Origin: a virus
DNA length: 64,000 nucleotides
Virus record (IMG/VR): IMGVR_UViG_3300033146_001643
Span: 12,984 to 76,983 of that record
Direction: 5' to 3' (one strand)
Shown: in pieces, positions 21,838-31,539 of the stretch
How the letters are laid out: every line of letters begins with the position of its first letter
Numbering within the stretch: position 1 is the stretch's first letter
The notes under the pieces: generated by a model
Databases searched by the model: none
What the model saw: only the letters and a program-made list of their open reading frames with translations
Told to the model about the DNA's origin: nothing
Position numbers and translations under genes: made by a program

Positions 21838-22575
21838 TTAATGTATTTTTATTAATATGTTTAAATTATTATTATTTTTACAATAGTTACATACCCTACA
21901 ATTTCCTCTGCATATAACTGTATTTTTATTAGTTTTTACTGGATATTCTATAACAGGTATGAAATTATTATCCAACATAAAGTTACTACCATTAATAACT
22001 AAATTTTGCATTTTACGTACAGTGCCGAAATATAAATCTTTTCTAGCTGTATAAGTGTAAAATATAATTCTTCGAGAAGAGTATTTATTTACTCTTTTAA
22101 CTATATTAATTAATTTAGTAATATCAGCCTGGTGTTTAAAATCACCAGATTCATTGAATCTAATGAATTTTACTTTTCTATTATTATGTAATAACTCTAA
22201 TAAATCATCAGCAAACTTATTAGCACTGACATTGTCCCAATATTTACGCTGATTTCTACGATATAACCCAGTTCTAAACCAATATTGCGTTTCAGCTTTT
22301 TTAGCATAGCACTTATCAGATAATGCACATAATCCTAATTTATCAGCTACACATTCAAATGCAGGTGTGATATTAAATATAAAAGTATCTTTGCCTATTT
22401 TTAAATTACCATTTGCTATTAATTGTGATAATGGTTTAATATCATCTGTTAATATAGCTTTTACATCATCTAGTACTCCTTTTATTGTACTAGTGTTAGT
22501 TTTGTTTTGGGGTTGCCTCTTGACTAAAAGCTCCAATCCACTTTTTATTATTGTAAATTTTGATTGCGGTTTCAT
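21838..22575 (-). CDS. Phage gp88-like Cys-rich protein
   Basis: C...C...CYAKK, IRFNESGDF, FYTYT, and C-terminal CRGNCRVCNYC. Confidence 0.75.
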   Translation of the reverse strand: MKPQSKFTIIKSGLELLVKRQPQNKTNTSTIKGVLDDVKAILTDDIKPLSQLIANGNLKIGKDTFIFNITPAFECVADKLGLCALSDKCYAKKAETQYWFRTGLYRRNQRKYWDNVSANKFADDLLELLHNNRKVKFIRFNESGDFKHQADITKLINIVKRVNKYSSRRIIFYTYTARKDLYFGTVRKMQNLVINGSNFMLDNNFIPVIEYPVKTNKNTVICRGNCRVCNYCKNNNNLNILIKIH

Positions 22576-23374
22576 TTAGAGTTGTTAATAAATTTATTCT
22601 TTGTAAAGGGTGAGCTTTTTTAAATGCCTCTGTAAAGAAATTATACATGTTCCATAAATTAGTTGTATTGTTTTCACTATTATACGGATATAAATTTTGT
22701 TTACTCCTAGCATACTTAAAAGCTGAATATACTAACTGTACTGGATATAAACGTAAAGCCTCACCAAATATTTGGTCTACTTGGTCACTGGATAAATTAA
22801 TATCTTTATAATTATTAATTAATTCTAGTAAATCATTGCCACTTGTATTAATAAACTTTATAGCATCGGCTATAGCATTTTCTATATAATACTCAATTCC
22901 ATCTACATGTTTTTTTCTAAAGTTATCTAACGTATTAAATAGCATACCGTTAGCACATGCTTTTAGATTATAACCAAAACCTATATTTAAAGCAACTGAT
23001 TTATTAATTGAATTTATAATAAATATTTGTTTATCAGCTATATCAGAATCATTTATTGTAATTTCTGTTAATATATATTGTATTTTACTTAGGTCTTCTA
23101 CACTAATATGATAATCATTAACTATATATTGTAAAATTTTAAATTCTACTTCCTTAGCATATTTTTTTTCTATGCCAATTGTGATATTGCATTTTTTTAT
23201 TGATAAGTTATTTTCTGCTAACTCCTCCAGTAGTAATCTAGTTGGCTTATATAGTTGCACAGGTTTCCAGCTTTTAGTGTGTGTTGGTGTTGGTATTCGT
23301 TTTAATAAATTATCTATTTTAGCACTTACTAAAGATAAATCAGTTAATTCCGTTGATATTAATTTTAATTTCAT
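22496..23374 (-). CDS. DUF932/DUF945-like phage protein
   Basis: FIINS...GFG...ACANGM...KH and terminal NLWNMYN..TEA.K motifs. Confidence 0.65.
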   Translation of the reverse strand: MKLKLISTELTDLSLVSAKIDNLLKRIPTPTHTKSWKPVQLYKPTRLLLEELAENNLSIKKCNITIGIEKKYAKEVEFKILQYIVNDYHISVEDLSKIQYILTEITINDSDIADKQIFIINSINKSVALNIGFGYNLKACANGMLFNTLDNFRKKHVDGIEYYIENAIADAIKFINTSGNDLLELINNYKDINLSSDQVDQIFGEALRLYPVQLVYSAFKYARSKQNLYPYNSENNTTNLWNMYNFFTEAFKKAHPLQRINLLTTLNETAIKIYNNKKWIGAFSQEATPKQN

Positions 23375-24296
23375 TTTGTAATATATTTTTTAATTGTTTA
23401 TAGTCTCTAGTCTTTTTAATTATATCTGAACAATCAGAACAATTACTTATATTTGGTAACCTTATATTAGTTATTATAGGATATTGTTCTATAATCTTAC
23501 TAGCGTAATTTTGTCCAGCATTTGTTTCCTTTTCAAAATCATTATCTAGTAACAGATAAATATTGTTATACTTTGTATATAGGTATTCAATAACTTTGTT
23601 TGGCAAATATTGCCCTTCCGATTGCATACCAATTACATTTGAATAACCACATTTTTTAATCACCATAACATCTTTAACACTCTTAGTTATTATTACATAA
23701 CCAATATTTTGTAAATTATGTATGTTATGATATATCAAATTAGATACCCCAGATAAATCAGAAATAAACCTATATTCTATATTTAATGGTTGGTATATTT
23801 TAGTGTACTTAATCCCCTTACGCCACCATGTATAAGCAAAAGTAATTGAATTAGTACAGTTAATAGTATAACCATTAATAGTAAAATACGCTACTGCCTC
23901 TATATTGTTTTCAGCAGTAATATCAGCAGTAGTAAGTAAATAATCCGCCCAGTATAACCTGTGTCTTTTTTGTAATTGTTTATACGCTGCGTAAATAATA
24001 TTATTACGACTTATTGGTTTTTTTGCACCTATTAATACCATAGGCTGTTTACAATCCCTAACAATATTATTAGTAGTTAATTCTAAAGTTTCTTTATACG
24101 AAATATGGTAGAGCTGTTTTAGTAAATCTATGCCATCACCATATTCTCCAGTAGCTTTATCCTTATATACAGCTTTTCTAGTTTTATTGTAGTATACACT
24201 AAATGAAGCTTTGTTTTCCTTCCTAAAAGGTGATTTTATGGTACACGGTATAGTTGATATATTCAAGTACTTTTTTAGTATTTCTTCACTAGTCAT
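23340..24296 (-). CDS. DNA primase (crAss-like, TOPRIM)
   Basis: SPFRKENKASF, IITKSVKDVM, QSEG, LLDND. Start moved to MTSEE (24296) because the upstream start sits in a terminator. Confidence 0.85.
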   Translation of the reverse strand: MTSEEILKKYLNISTIPCTIKSPFRKENKASFSVYYNKTRKAVYKDKATGEYGDGIDLLKQLYHISYKETLELTTNNIVRDCKQPMVLIGAKKPISRNNIIYAAYKQLQKRHRLYWADYLLTTADITAENNIEAVAYFTINGYTINCTNSITFAYTWWRKGIKYTKIYQPLNIEYRFISDLSGVSNLIYHNIHNLQNIGYVIITKSVKDVMVIKKCGYSNVIGMQSEGQYLPNKVIEYLYTKYNNIYLLLDNDFEKETNAGQNYASKIIEQYPIITNIRLPNISNCSDCSDIIKKTRDYKQLKNILQNEIKININGIN

Positions 24297-24297
24297 A

Positions 24298-24332
24298 ATA
24301 AAAAAGCTCAACTAAATTAATAGTTAAGCTTT
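24298..24332 (-). terminator. Intrinsic terminator after the SSB gene
   Basis: Minus strand AAAGCTTAACTA-ttaatt-TAGTTGAGCTTTTT; the G-U pair is valid only on the minus strand. Confidence 0.65.
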
Positions 24333-24358
24333 GTTTTATTTAAAATAATTATTATTTA

Positions 24359-25246
24359 TTAAAAAGGTAAATCATCGACAGGTACGGCGTTTTTTGTTGT
24401 ACTCCCACCAAGAAAATCAGATACTTCTACTAATTCTAAGTTTCTACTTTTATATAAGTAAGATTCTTGTATATTAGCTTTTTCAAAATAATCAAGAGAG
24501 TTATTTATTTTATAGCTACTTACTTTATTTAAAATAGTTTGTATAAGATATGGAGTACCATTACTTGAATCTTTTAATTTAACTCTACCAAATATAGTAA
24601 CTCTTTTATTTCTTTGTGTTTCTAACACCGTTGGGTGAGCTTCTAGTTCTGTAATTAATTCCTGTAATTGTGATATATCACCAATTATTAATTTATTAAT
24701 ATCAACAGGATAATTTCCCCTAATGCCATAAATACCATCAATCAACGCAAATAAATCAGATTCTCCTTCTTTAGTTATTCTAATTTTAAGTTTTTTACCG
24801 TCTCTGGTTTCTTTCTTGAAGTTATCGCTAAATTCAACAGCGTCTTTTGATAATGCCCATCTAGTTTGAGCTATTCCATTTGTATATTCATATTTATCAC
24901 TAGTTTTACCAGCCACTCTGTCATTACTAGTTAAATATAAACTAATAGTATATATATTATTTTTAAGTTTGTTAATTATATCTTTATTTTTTGTTGTATT
25001 CGACTCTTCTGTAACTTTAAAATAAAATTGTAATTGGAGTTGTTTATACCCTAATTTAGTTTTTGTCATATAATCTACTGCATCTTTATAATATTGTGTT
25101 TCTTCTTCTTCACCGTCTTTGTTTTTAAAAACTCTTACCCCATATTCTTTTTTCTGTTCATTTGTCATATTTATTATTGGGATAAATTCTGTGTTTATTT
25201 TTCCTGTAAAATTTAGTATTTCTTTATTTACGCTTATATCTAACAT
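24359..25246 (-). CDS. Putative single-stranded DNA-binding protein
   Basis: Acidic C-terminal DDLPF tail; lies between primase and helicase. Confidence 0.65.
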   Translation of the reverse strand: MLDISVNKEILNFTGKINTEFIPIINMTNEQKKEYGVRVFKNKDGEEEETQYYKDAVDYMTKTKLGYKQLQLQFYFKVTEESNTTKNKDIINKLKNNIYTISLYLTSNDRVAGKTSDKYEYTNGIAQTRWALSKDAVEFSDNFKKETRDGKKLKIRITKEGESDLFALIDGIYGIRGNYPVDINKLIIGDISQLQELITELEAHPTVLETQRNKRVTIFGRVKLKDSSNGTPYLIQTILNKVSSYKINNSLDYFEKANIQESYLYKSRNLELVEVSDFLGGSTTKNAVPVDDLPF

Positions 25247-25281
25247 ATAGTTATTATTTATTATTTATATATTGGTAGTAT

Positions 25282-26001
25282 TTATGCAAATATATCTGCG
25301 GTTGATGCAGAATTTGTATCTGTTTCTACATTGTTTTCTGTTGCACTAGTATCTGTTGTAGTATTTTCAGCTAATTTTTCTTTTAAATAATCTGGGTATT
25401 CACCATTTAGATTTTTGTATTCTTCGTTATAATCTCTAGTTCTAGTTAATTTGTACCCACGTTCAATAGATACTTCATCATCATTTATTTGATATGTAAA
25501 ATCTTCTAATTCTGTAGAAACAGCATACTCGTATTTATTAGTTATACTAAAGTCTATTAATTGTTCTCCTCTATTTATATATGCAGCTGAACTTCTATAT
25601 GTTCTAATTTGCCCTTTGGTGTAAGTAGCTGTTAAAACTCTCCCATTATCTTGCGGAGATAAAAATAAATCACCATTGTTATCTTGTAAAATTATAACTT
25701 TAGTTGATTTTGTTTTTAATTCCGCTCCAGGTTCATTAGAGATAACTTCTATTAATCCTAAAGCATAAGCATTATGTATATGTAATTCTACTATTTCTGT
25801 GTCATTAACTCTAGTTGTTACTAATAATACAAGTGTATTGGTTTGTTTGTCTCCTGGATTAATTTTTACATTAGCCCCACTTCTAAAAGTCTTAGTGAAT
25901 CTTTTTACTTTTTTTAACCTTGTTCCTGTTGTTGTATCTTTTGTTAAATCCACATCAGTAAGAGATGTCGTTCCTTGAATACGTCTTAATTTTAAACTCA
26001 T
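25282..26001 (-). CDS. Hypothetical protein with acidic tail (239 aa, start MSLK)
   Basis: ATG at 26001 lies just downstream of a consensus promoter; tail ends TDTNSASTADIFA. Confidence 0.7.
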   Translation of the reverse strand: MSLKLRRIQGTTSLTDVDLTKDTTTGTRLKKVKRFTKTFRSGANVKINPGDKQTNTLVLLVTTRVNDTEIVELHIHNAYALGLIEVISNEPGAELKTKSTKVIILQDNNGDLFLSPQDNGRVLTATYTKGQIRTYRSSAAYINRGEQLIDFSITNKYEYAVSTELEDFTYQINDDEVSIERGYKLTRTRDYNEEYKNLNGEYPDYLKEKLAENTTTDTSATENNVETDTNSASTADIFA

Positions 26002-26030
26002 GTCATGGTTTATTAAATTTATATATAGTG

Positions 26031-26062
26031 CAAATATAATACTTATGTTTTTAATGCACAAA
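26031..26062 (-). promoter_or_regulatory. Bacteroidota housekeeping-sigma promoter
   Basis: Minus strand TTTG (26062-26059) - 20 nt - TATATTTG (26038-26031); exact -33/-7 consensus. Confidence 0.8.
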
Positions 26063-27101
26063 TATTATTGATTTTATTATAGTTAGTTTCATTAGGTAAT
26101 TTTATATCAGCATATACACCAACTTCACCTATAAACAGGACTGGGATTAATTTATTTATATCACCATCTCTGTTTTTAGCTATCCTAAGTACCCTAAATC
26201 TATTTTTTAACGCAACGGTTGCTGTTCTACTAGGAATAATTTTATAACCTAGATAGCTACCTAAATCATGTTTATACGGATTACCAATGCTAATATAAAT
26301 ATCAGCATCTTGGTATGGATTTTTAGAATCTCTTAAATCTTGATGGCTTGGTAAAACACTTTGTTCTGCCGTATATGCTTTTTCTGGGTTAATTTGTTGT
26401 AATACTACAGCTATTAATTTAGTTGGTATTCTTGATGCATATAAAAATTTACTAACCTCATCTATTGCTGATTTTAGTGTTTGCCTACCAGTAGTTGTAA
26501 TAGAACCAATATGGTCTATTATAATTTGATAAATTTTAGCCTTGTTTGTAGGAGTGTATTTAATAATATTGCCGTCAATAATAGTTACTTCCCCATTATT
26601 ACGTAAGTATTTAAAAGTATTAGTTTTAATATTAGTAGTTGTTAAATACGGATAGAATGTTATTTTTTCCGCTAATAACTCTATAAAAGCGTTGCATTCT
26701 TTTGAAAATACTAAATCTTTTATTCTTAATGGTAATTTTAACCCATGTTTACTGAATAATAGATTAGTAGTTATTAATATACCCTTAGTCTTATATAACC
26801 AATAACATCTACCTTTTCCTAATATAGTTGCTGGACTTATTTCTGGTGTGTATATATCTATATGTATATCAAAATCTTTCTTCTTCAAGTACATATCTAA
26901 CATATTATATATATGCTGGTCATAAACAAAACTACTTTTACCAACATTACTTAAAGCTGCATATAAGTAATAAGTACTCGGCACTATATTAAGATATTTA
27001 TTTAATACAGATAGTCTGTATTCATATCCTTTATTTAACCCAAGTAATCCATCTTCTACCATTTTGTTACTTTCAGCTACCCAATTTCGTTGTTGCTCCA
27101 T
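26043..27101 (-). CDS. DnaB-like (SF4) replicative helicase
   Basis: ALSNVGKS Walker A, IIIDHI Walker B, VLQQIN, DLRDS..PYQDAD, IAKNRDG. Confidence 0.88.
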   Translation of the reverse strand: MEQQRNWVAESNKMVEDGLLGLNKGYEYRLSVLNKYLNIVPSTYYLYAALSNVGKSSFVYDQHIYNMLDMYLKKKDFDIHIDIYTPEISPATILGKGRCYWLYKTKGILITTNLLFSKHGLKLPLRIKDLVFSKECNAFIELLAEKITFYPYLTTTNIKTNTFKYLRNNGEVTIIDGNIIKYTPTNKAKIYQIIIDHIGSITTTGRQTLKSAIDEVSKFLYASRIPTKLIAVVLQQINPEKAYTAEQSVLPSHQDLRDSKNPYQDADIYISIGNPYKHDLGSYLGYKIIPSRTATVALKNRFRVLRIAKNRDGDINKLIPVLFIGEVGVYADIKLPNETNYNKINNICALKT

Positions 27102-27673
27102 AAAACTGTATCTGCTTTTATATTGCTTTCTTCTAATAATGTTAATAAAGTATTACTAGTAATTAATTCATTTGTATCTTTATCTTTTCTACTTTTATGT
27201 ATAAAATTATCAGCATTCATAGCATATTTATAGTTATCTTTAGCTGCATTGGCTAAATAATTTTCAGTTACTTCTATTATTTGTTTTTTATTATAACCAG
27301 CAGCTATTACTTTGTTCATGTGTTTTATACATGTAGCTTTACTACCCATACCTCCAGAACGTACTACTAAAAATAATCTCCTAAAGTCGTTTATCCAATC
27401 TATATCTTTTGTCAATTTTAATTGTGGCGACCTGTTTTTAGGCTTACTTTTTTGTCTAAAAGCATCAATAGTTTTTTTAGTATATTCTATATAATCATCA
27501 TGTACAATATACCCTAAAGATATTAATTTGTTTATTACATCAGTTTTATTATAATCCGAGTATCCCTCTAATATAGAATCAACGTAGTCATGCTTACCTT
27601 TATACAATAAATATAAGCAGATACTCTCCCTATAAGATAAATCTGATTGTAATATATTAGTTAGTATATTCAT
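27077..27673 (-). CDS. Putative replication initiator/helicase-loader-like protein (winged-helix N-terminus)
   Basis: Immediately upstream of the helicase; L...GYI wHTH-like pattern and Y...A..FI.K C-terminal motif. Confidence 0.45.
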   Translation of the reverse strand: MNILTNILQSDLSYRESICLYLLYKGKHDYVDSILEGYSDYNKTDVINKLISLGYIVHDDYIEYTKKTIDAFRQKSKPKNRSPQLKLTKDIDWINDFRRLFLVVRSGGMGSKATCIKHMNKVIAAGYNKKQIIEVTENYLANAAKDNYKYAMNADNFIHKSRKDKDTNELITSNTLLTLLEESNIKADTVLWSNNEIG

Positions 27674-28320
27674 TTATGTATTGCTCCATCAAAATCAATA
27701 TCTATTCTCCATATTCCTGTTATTGTACTAACAACTGCCTCGTGATGATATTCTCCTGCACTATCATCACTTTCGCCAACTATACCTATATTAAGTAATT
27801 CTACTGGTATCATTAGACCTTTTTGATAAGTAATTCCTAGAAATGTTGTATCTCTAAGTAATTCTAACGTGTAATTTTGAGTTTTAAATGTATATTTATT
27901 AATATTAAATATTTTTTTACTAATATATGGGGTTACTTCTTTTTTATTAATTAATACAAATTTACCTGTTTTTAGTTTTAGTAATATAGTATTTTCAGGT
28001 AAGTCATTGAGGTATTCAACTTCAACTCCTATTTGTTTAAATACGGTAACATCATCTACTATGAGGTTTTTTAATCTTGTATCAGATAAAGTTACCTTTT
28101 GGTATTTAGCACTTTCTTTATGTATGTACCATTCTTGTTCTAGGACTACATATTTTGTTTGGTCTAATAATCCCCAAATATCTGGCATATTATCAATATT
28201 TGTAATATTTAATAGTATACCCCTACAAATAAATGTAGTTGTTGTTAATCTTGTTATTACGTCCCCAACTTGAATGGTTGGTGGAGTATTTGAATATATT
28301 TTTAATAGTTTATATTGCAT
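27670..28320 (-). CDS. Hypothetical protein
   Basis: 216 aa ORF, ATGA overlap. Confidence 0.65.
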   Translation of the reverse strand: MQYKLLKIYSNTPPTIQVGDVITRLTTTTFICRGILLNITNIDNMPDIWGLLDQTKYVVLEQEWYIHKESAKYQKVTLSDTRLKNLIVDDVTVFKQIGVEVEYLNDLPENTILLKLKTGKFVLINKKEVTPYISKKIFNINKYTFKTQNYTLELLRDTTFLGITYQKGLMIPVELLNIGIVGESDDSAGEYHHEAVVSTITGIWRIDIDFDGAIHK

Positions 28321-28572
28321 TATAATTATTTTTATATATATATTTATTTTTAATTACCTTTTACGTATTAGTTTATAGTGCAGAGTTAATTGATTTGAGT
28401 GAGGTTATTATGTGCAACGAAACTAACCGATATATATAATAGAATTAAAATTAAACAATTACAAATGAAACGAGAAATAAAACTCGTAACATTTGCTATT
28501 ATTTACATGCTTGTTTATTAATTTATTTTGTTATAATTTTAAATATTTAAAAAAATTAATAATTGTAAAAAT

Positions 28573-29070
28573 CTAATATGTATTTACATACCCAATTAAA
28601 TTTCTATGGTTATTTATTTCCCATATAAACTTAATTCCTAATCCAAACGTAGCATTGAATTTGTTATACACACTATATTTAATATAAGGTAACATAGTGT
28701 ATGTCGCTCCAATAATAACACTCGTATAGGTTAATTTATTTGTAACATTATAGCCTACTAAAGTTCTGGCGTAAAATAATTTTGTACTTATGCCTAACTC
28801 TGTGCCAATTACTATCCTATTAACATAATCAAAATTAATAATAGCTGCTACAGTATTAGTGTATGGGATAGCAGTTAATTTAATATAAGCTATACCTGTA
28901 CTTAAATATAAATTATTTACTTTACTACCAATTACTGCATTATACGTTATATGAGTATTTATGTTATGTATGCCTATATTATAAGAGTTATCGCCACTTA
29001 AAAATATATTTTGTGTATATGCTTGTGTTAATATCATAAGCATAATAATTACTATTATTCCTTTTTTCAT
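28573..29070 (-). CDS. Exported, beta-strand-rich protein (possible small outer-membrane barrel)
   Basis: Sec signal MKKGIIVIIMLMILTQAYT|Q; alternating hydrophobic/Gly/aromatic strands. Confidence 0.5.
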   Translation of the reverse strand: MKKGIIVIIMLMILTQAYTQNIFLSGDNSYNIGIHNINTHITYNAVIGSKVNNLYLSTGIAYIKLTAIPYTNTVAAIINFDYVNRIVIGTELGISTKLFYARTLVGYNVTNKLTYTSVIIGATYTMLPYIKYSVYNKFNATFGLGIKFIWEINNHRNLIGYVNTY

Positions 29071-29080
29071 ATTATTCAGT

Positions 29081-29374
29081 TTAGTTATTAATTAATGTTA
29101 ATTCTCCGTCCCATTCTTTATCATTTAGATAAAGAATTTTATTTTTATGGTATACATGCACTCCATGTATACCATTTAAGCGTCTTTTAGTTACTGATGA
29201 ATCCCACCCACATGTTTGTATTAAAGTATCCTTAGCGCAAAATTTACGTGCAATTAAGTTGTCATGTAAATACATATCTACACAACAATTTGACACTACT
29301 ACACGTGTATTAGCTTTATGATAATTTTCCGTATCGCGAAAAGCAATTGCTGCTTCAGTTGTTATTTTATTCAT
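29081..29374 (-). CDS. Conserved phage hypothetical protein
   Basis: LHDNLIA and GW.S.VTK.RLN motifs, common in small phage early proteins. Confidence 0.7.
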   Translation of the reverse strand: MNKITTEAAIAFRDTENYHKANTRVVVSNCCVDMYLHDNLIARKFCAKDTLIQTCGWDSSVTKRRLNGIHGVHVYHKNKILYLNDKEWDGELTLINN

Positions 29375-30620
29375 TATACGTTTGTTTAGCTATATCTTTA
29401 AATATAGCATTTCTATCTTCAATAAGCATATATACAGCCCTAGCTAGTTCCCAATAATTATTTTTATTAAAAGTCTTACTTACAAATAATGTATTTTTAT
29501 ACTTGTCAGCAACTATTGCTACATTACTTATTTCCGCTAGTTTTACTTCAAATGTAATGTTTAAATTTAACTTAGATACAAGTTCTATTATATGATCCTC
29601 TATTGATATTTTATTAGTATCAATTATTGATTCTTTAATAATAGGGATTACTGATACAGTTTGATAATTTGTTTTTTGAGCAACTTCTAATATAAACTCG
29701 CCAATTTTAGCCCTACTATCCCTACTTATTAATTCTTTTAAATCCTTTGATATATTTAATTTATTTTGACTATATAATTCATTAATAACAGACATTACTG
29801 TATAACTACATGAACCATAATACCAGAAAGAGTCTTCAAATGTACCGATTGTATTATTACTAAAAAATTTAGTACTAAAGGTAATATTATTGTTATTTAA
29901 AATTCTGTTTACAATTATATCTTTATAATCGGAATAATTTAATAATTGTCTCATCTCGTCTAATTTAGCTTCTTTCCAGTCATATAAATATAGTGCTTTA
30001 ATATTATTATCTGATTTTATTAATATACCTTGTTTATATAATTTTAATGTACCAGTTATGTTTTCATAAATAGTTAAATCATTTGTTTCCAAAATTTTAG
30101 GTGTATCATAATTTAAAAAATAATTATCCCAGTTATTTATTGCAGTATTTGAATCATTATTACTATTATTTATGATAATAGTAGTAGTATTAGGTAAGTA
30201 ATAATTATTTAGTGGCGGTGTAAATAAAAACTTTACATCACCACCTTCATCTAAACAATTGCTATATATTTCTCTAAAAGCATGCCATACCTCCCAATTG
30301 TGTCCTAATTGAACAGCAAAAGCAGTTTGATGTGCACTTATAAATTTATCATTTAGATACACATTTAACATTAAAATATGTTTATGCTTACTTGTTGTTG
30401 TATCTTTAATTGTTTTAGCTGTATAACAATATTTATATTGCCCCGACCATATAGTAAAATCTATATTGTGTCTGTATAATATAGCTATTGCATATTTTAA
30501 TCCAGAGTCGAATTTACCAATTTTAGTATCATCATCTCTTTTACTGCTATCCCCCATTGTAAGTAAATCCAGAGTAGTTAATAACCCTGGATTACTGAAA
30601 TTTAATGCTTGAACTTTCAT
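29367..30620 (-). CDS. GHKL-type ATPase (circularly permuted motif order)
   Basis: FSNPG, MGDSSK...IGKFDSGLKYA, then WHAFREIYSNCLDEGG. Confidence 0.7.
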   Translation of the reverse strand: MKVQALNFSNPGLLTTLDLLTMGDSSKRDDDTKIGKFDSGLKYAIAILYRHNIDFTIWSGQYKYCYTAKTIKDTTTSKHKHILMLNVYLNDKFISAHQTAFAVQLGHNWEVWHAFREIYSNCLDEGGDVKFLFTPPLNNYYLPNTTTIIINNSNNDSNTAINNWDNYFLNYDTPKILETNDLTIYENITGTLKLYKQGILIKSDNNIKALYLYDWKEAKLDEMRQLLNYSDYKDIIVNRILNNNNITFSTKFFSNNTIGTFEDSFWYYGSCSYTVMSVINELYSQNKLNISKDLKELISRDSRAKIGEFILEVAQKTNYQTVSVIPIIKESIIDTNKISIEDHIIELVSKLNLNITFEVKLAEISNVAIVADKYKNTLFVSKTFNKNNYWELARAVYMLIEDRNAIFKDIAKQTYNE

Positions 30621-30884
30621 CTATAAATATCGTTTAATTAAATTTTTGATACTTTTATGTTCTAGTTCATAATGAGCTAAATTTTGTTCTTGTATCAATA
30701 TATCACGCCCAAGTACAATGGCAGGGTCTAATAAAATATCTTCTATAACCCTTTTAATTTTATTTATTTCTTTTTGATTATTAAGTAATAATAAATTAAG
30801 GCTAATTCTGTCATCTTCTGCTAATCTTTGTATATTAACGTCTTTGTTGTTTTTTGATTCTGTAATTAATTCACTTCGTGTCAT
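30621..30884 (-). CDS. Hypothetical coiled-coil protein
   Basis: 87 aa ORF abutting its neighbour. Confidence 0.6.
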   Translation of the reverse strand: MTRSELITESKNNKDVNIQRLAEDDRISLNLLLLNNQKEINKIKRVIEDILLDPAIVLGRDILIQEQNLAHYELEHKSIKNLIKRYL

Positions 30885-30903
30885 AATATTAATTTTTAAT
30901 TAT

Positions 30904-31215
30904 TTATAATTCTATATTAGTTGATTCTTTATTATTTAGATATAATTTTAAAGTATTTCTCATTATACTGTATTTTGAATACTCTGTTAATAGTTCTTGT
31001 AGGGTTTCACTTATATATCTAGGTAATTCATCTCCCCAATCACCACTATTTGGTAAAATATCTTTATTAGGCATAGCTATTATCATACCTAATTTTAATT
31101 CAATTGTGTGTATGTAGTTAGTAATATCAGAGAGTAGTTCTAATATATCTTCTAGTGCTGGTGTTATGGAATCCGCCTCTATTGATAACTCGGTGGTAAA
31201 ATATATTTTATTCAT
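30904..31215 (-). CDS. Hypothetical protein
   Basis: 103 aa ORF in gene train. Confidence 0.6.
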   Translation of the reverse strand: MNKIYFTTELSIEADSITPALEDILELLSDITNYIHTIELKLGMIIAMPNKDILPNSGDWGDELPRYISETLQELLTEYSKYSIMRNTLKLYLNNKESTNIEL

Positions 31216-31366
31216 CGCGTAAAGATTTTAATATTTCTAATAGTACGTACCAATTAAGTATTGGTATAAATGCTAATATTAAAACGTCAAATCTATCTGC
31301 TGCCATAGTAACTATTACTGGTATTATATATAATACAATTAGTATTAATGTTGTTTGTGTGTACAT
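31208..31366 (-). CDS. Small membrane protein, 52 aa (below the ORF-track cut-off)
   Basis: MYTQTTLILIVLYIIPVIVTMAADRFDVLILAFIPILNWYVLLEILKSLRDE; two hydrophobic segments; stop overlaps the next ATG. Confidence 0.6.
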   Translation of the reverse strand: MYTQTTLILIVLYIIPVIVTMAADRFDVLILAFIPILNWYVLLEILKSLRDE

Positions 31367-31539
31367 ATTAATTAGTTAAATAAAATTTGAATGTATAATC
31401 ATCTTTTCTAAACCCTAATTGGTCTAGTATAGATATTTGACTTATTGTGTACTTATTTAGATTACCTATATAAATAATCATTTTGTACAGCAAAACTGAT
31501 TTCGTTTTCTTGCCCCTTTAATTAATCTAGTTAATTTAA

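Noticed and set aside
28368-28430. Hammerhead-like arrangement (TTAGTT...TGAGTGAG...CGAAACTAA)
   Set aside because: The core does not match CUGANGA and stem I cannot be formed convincingly.
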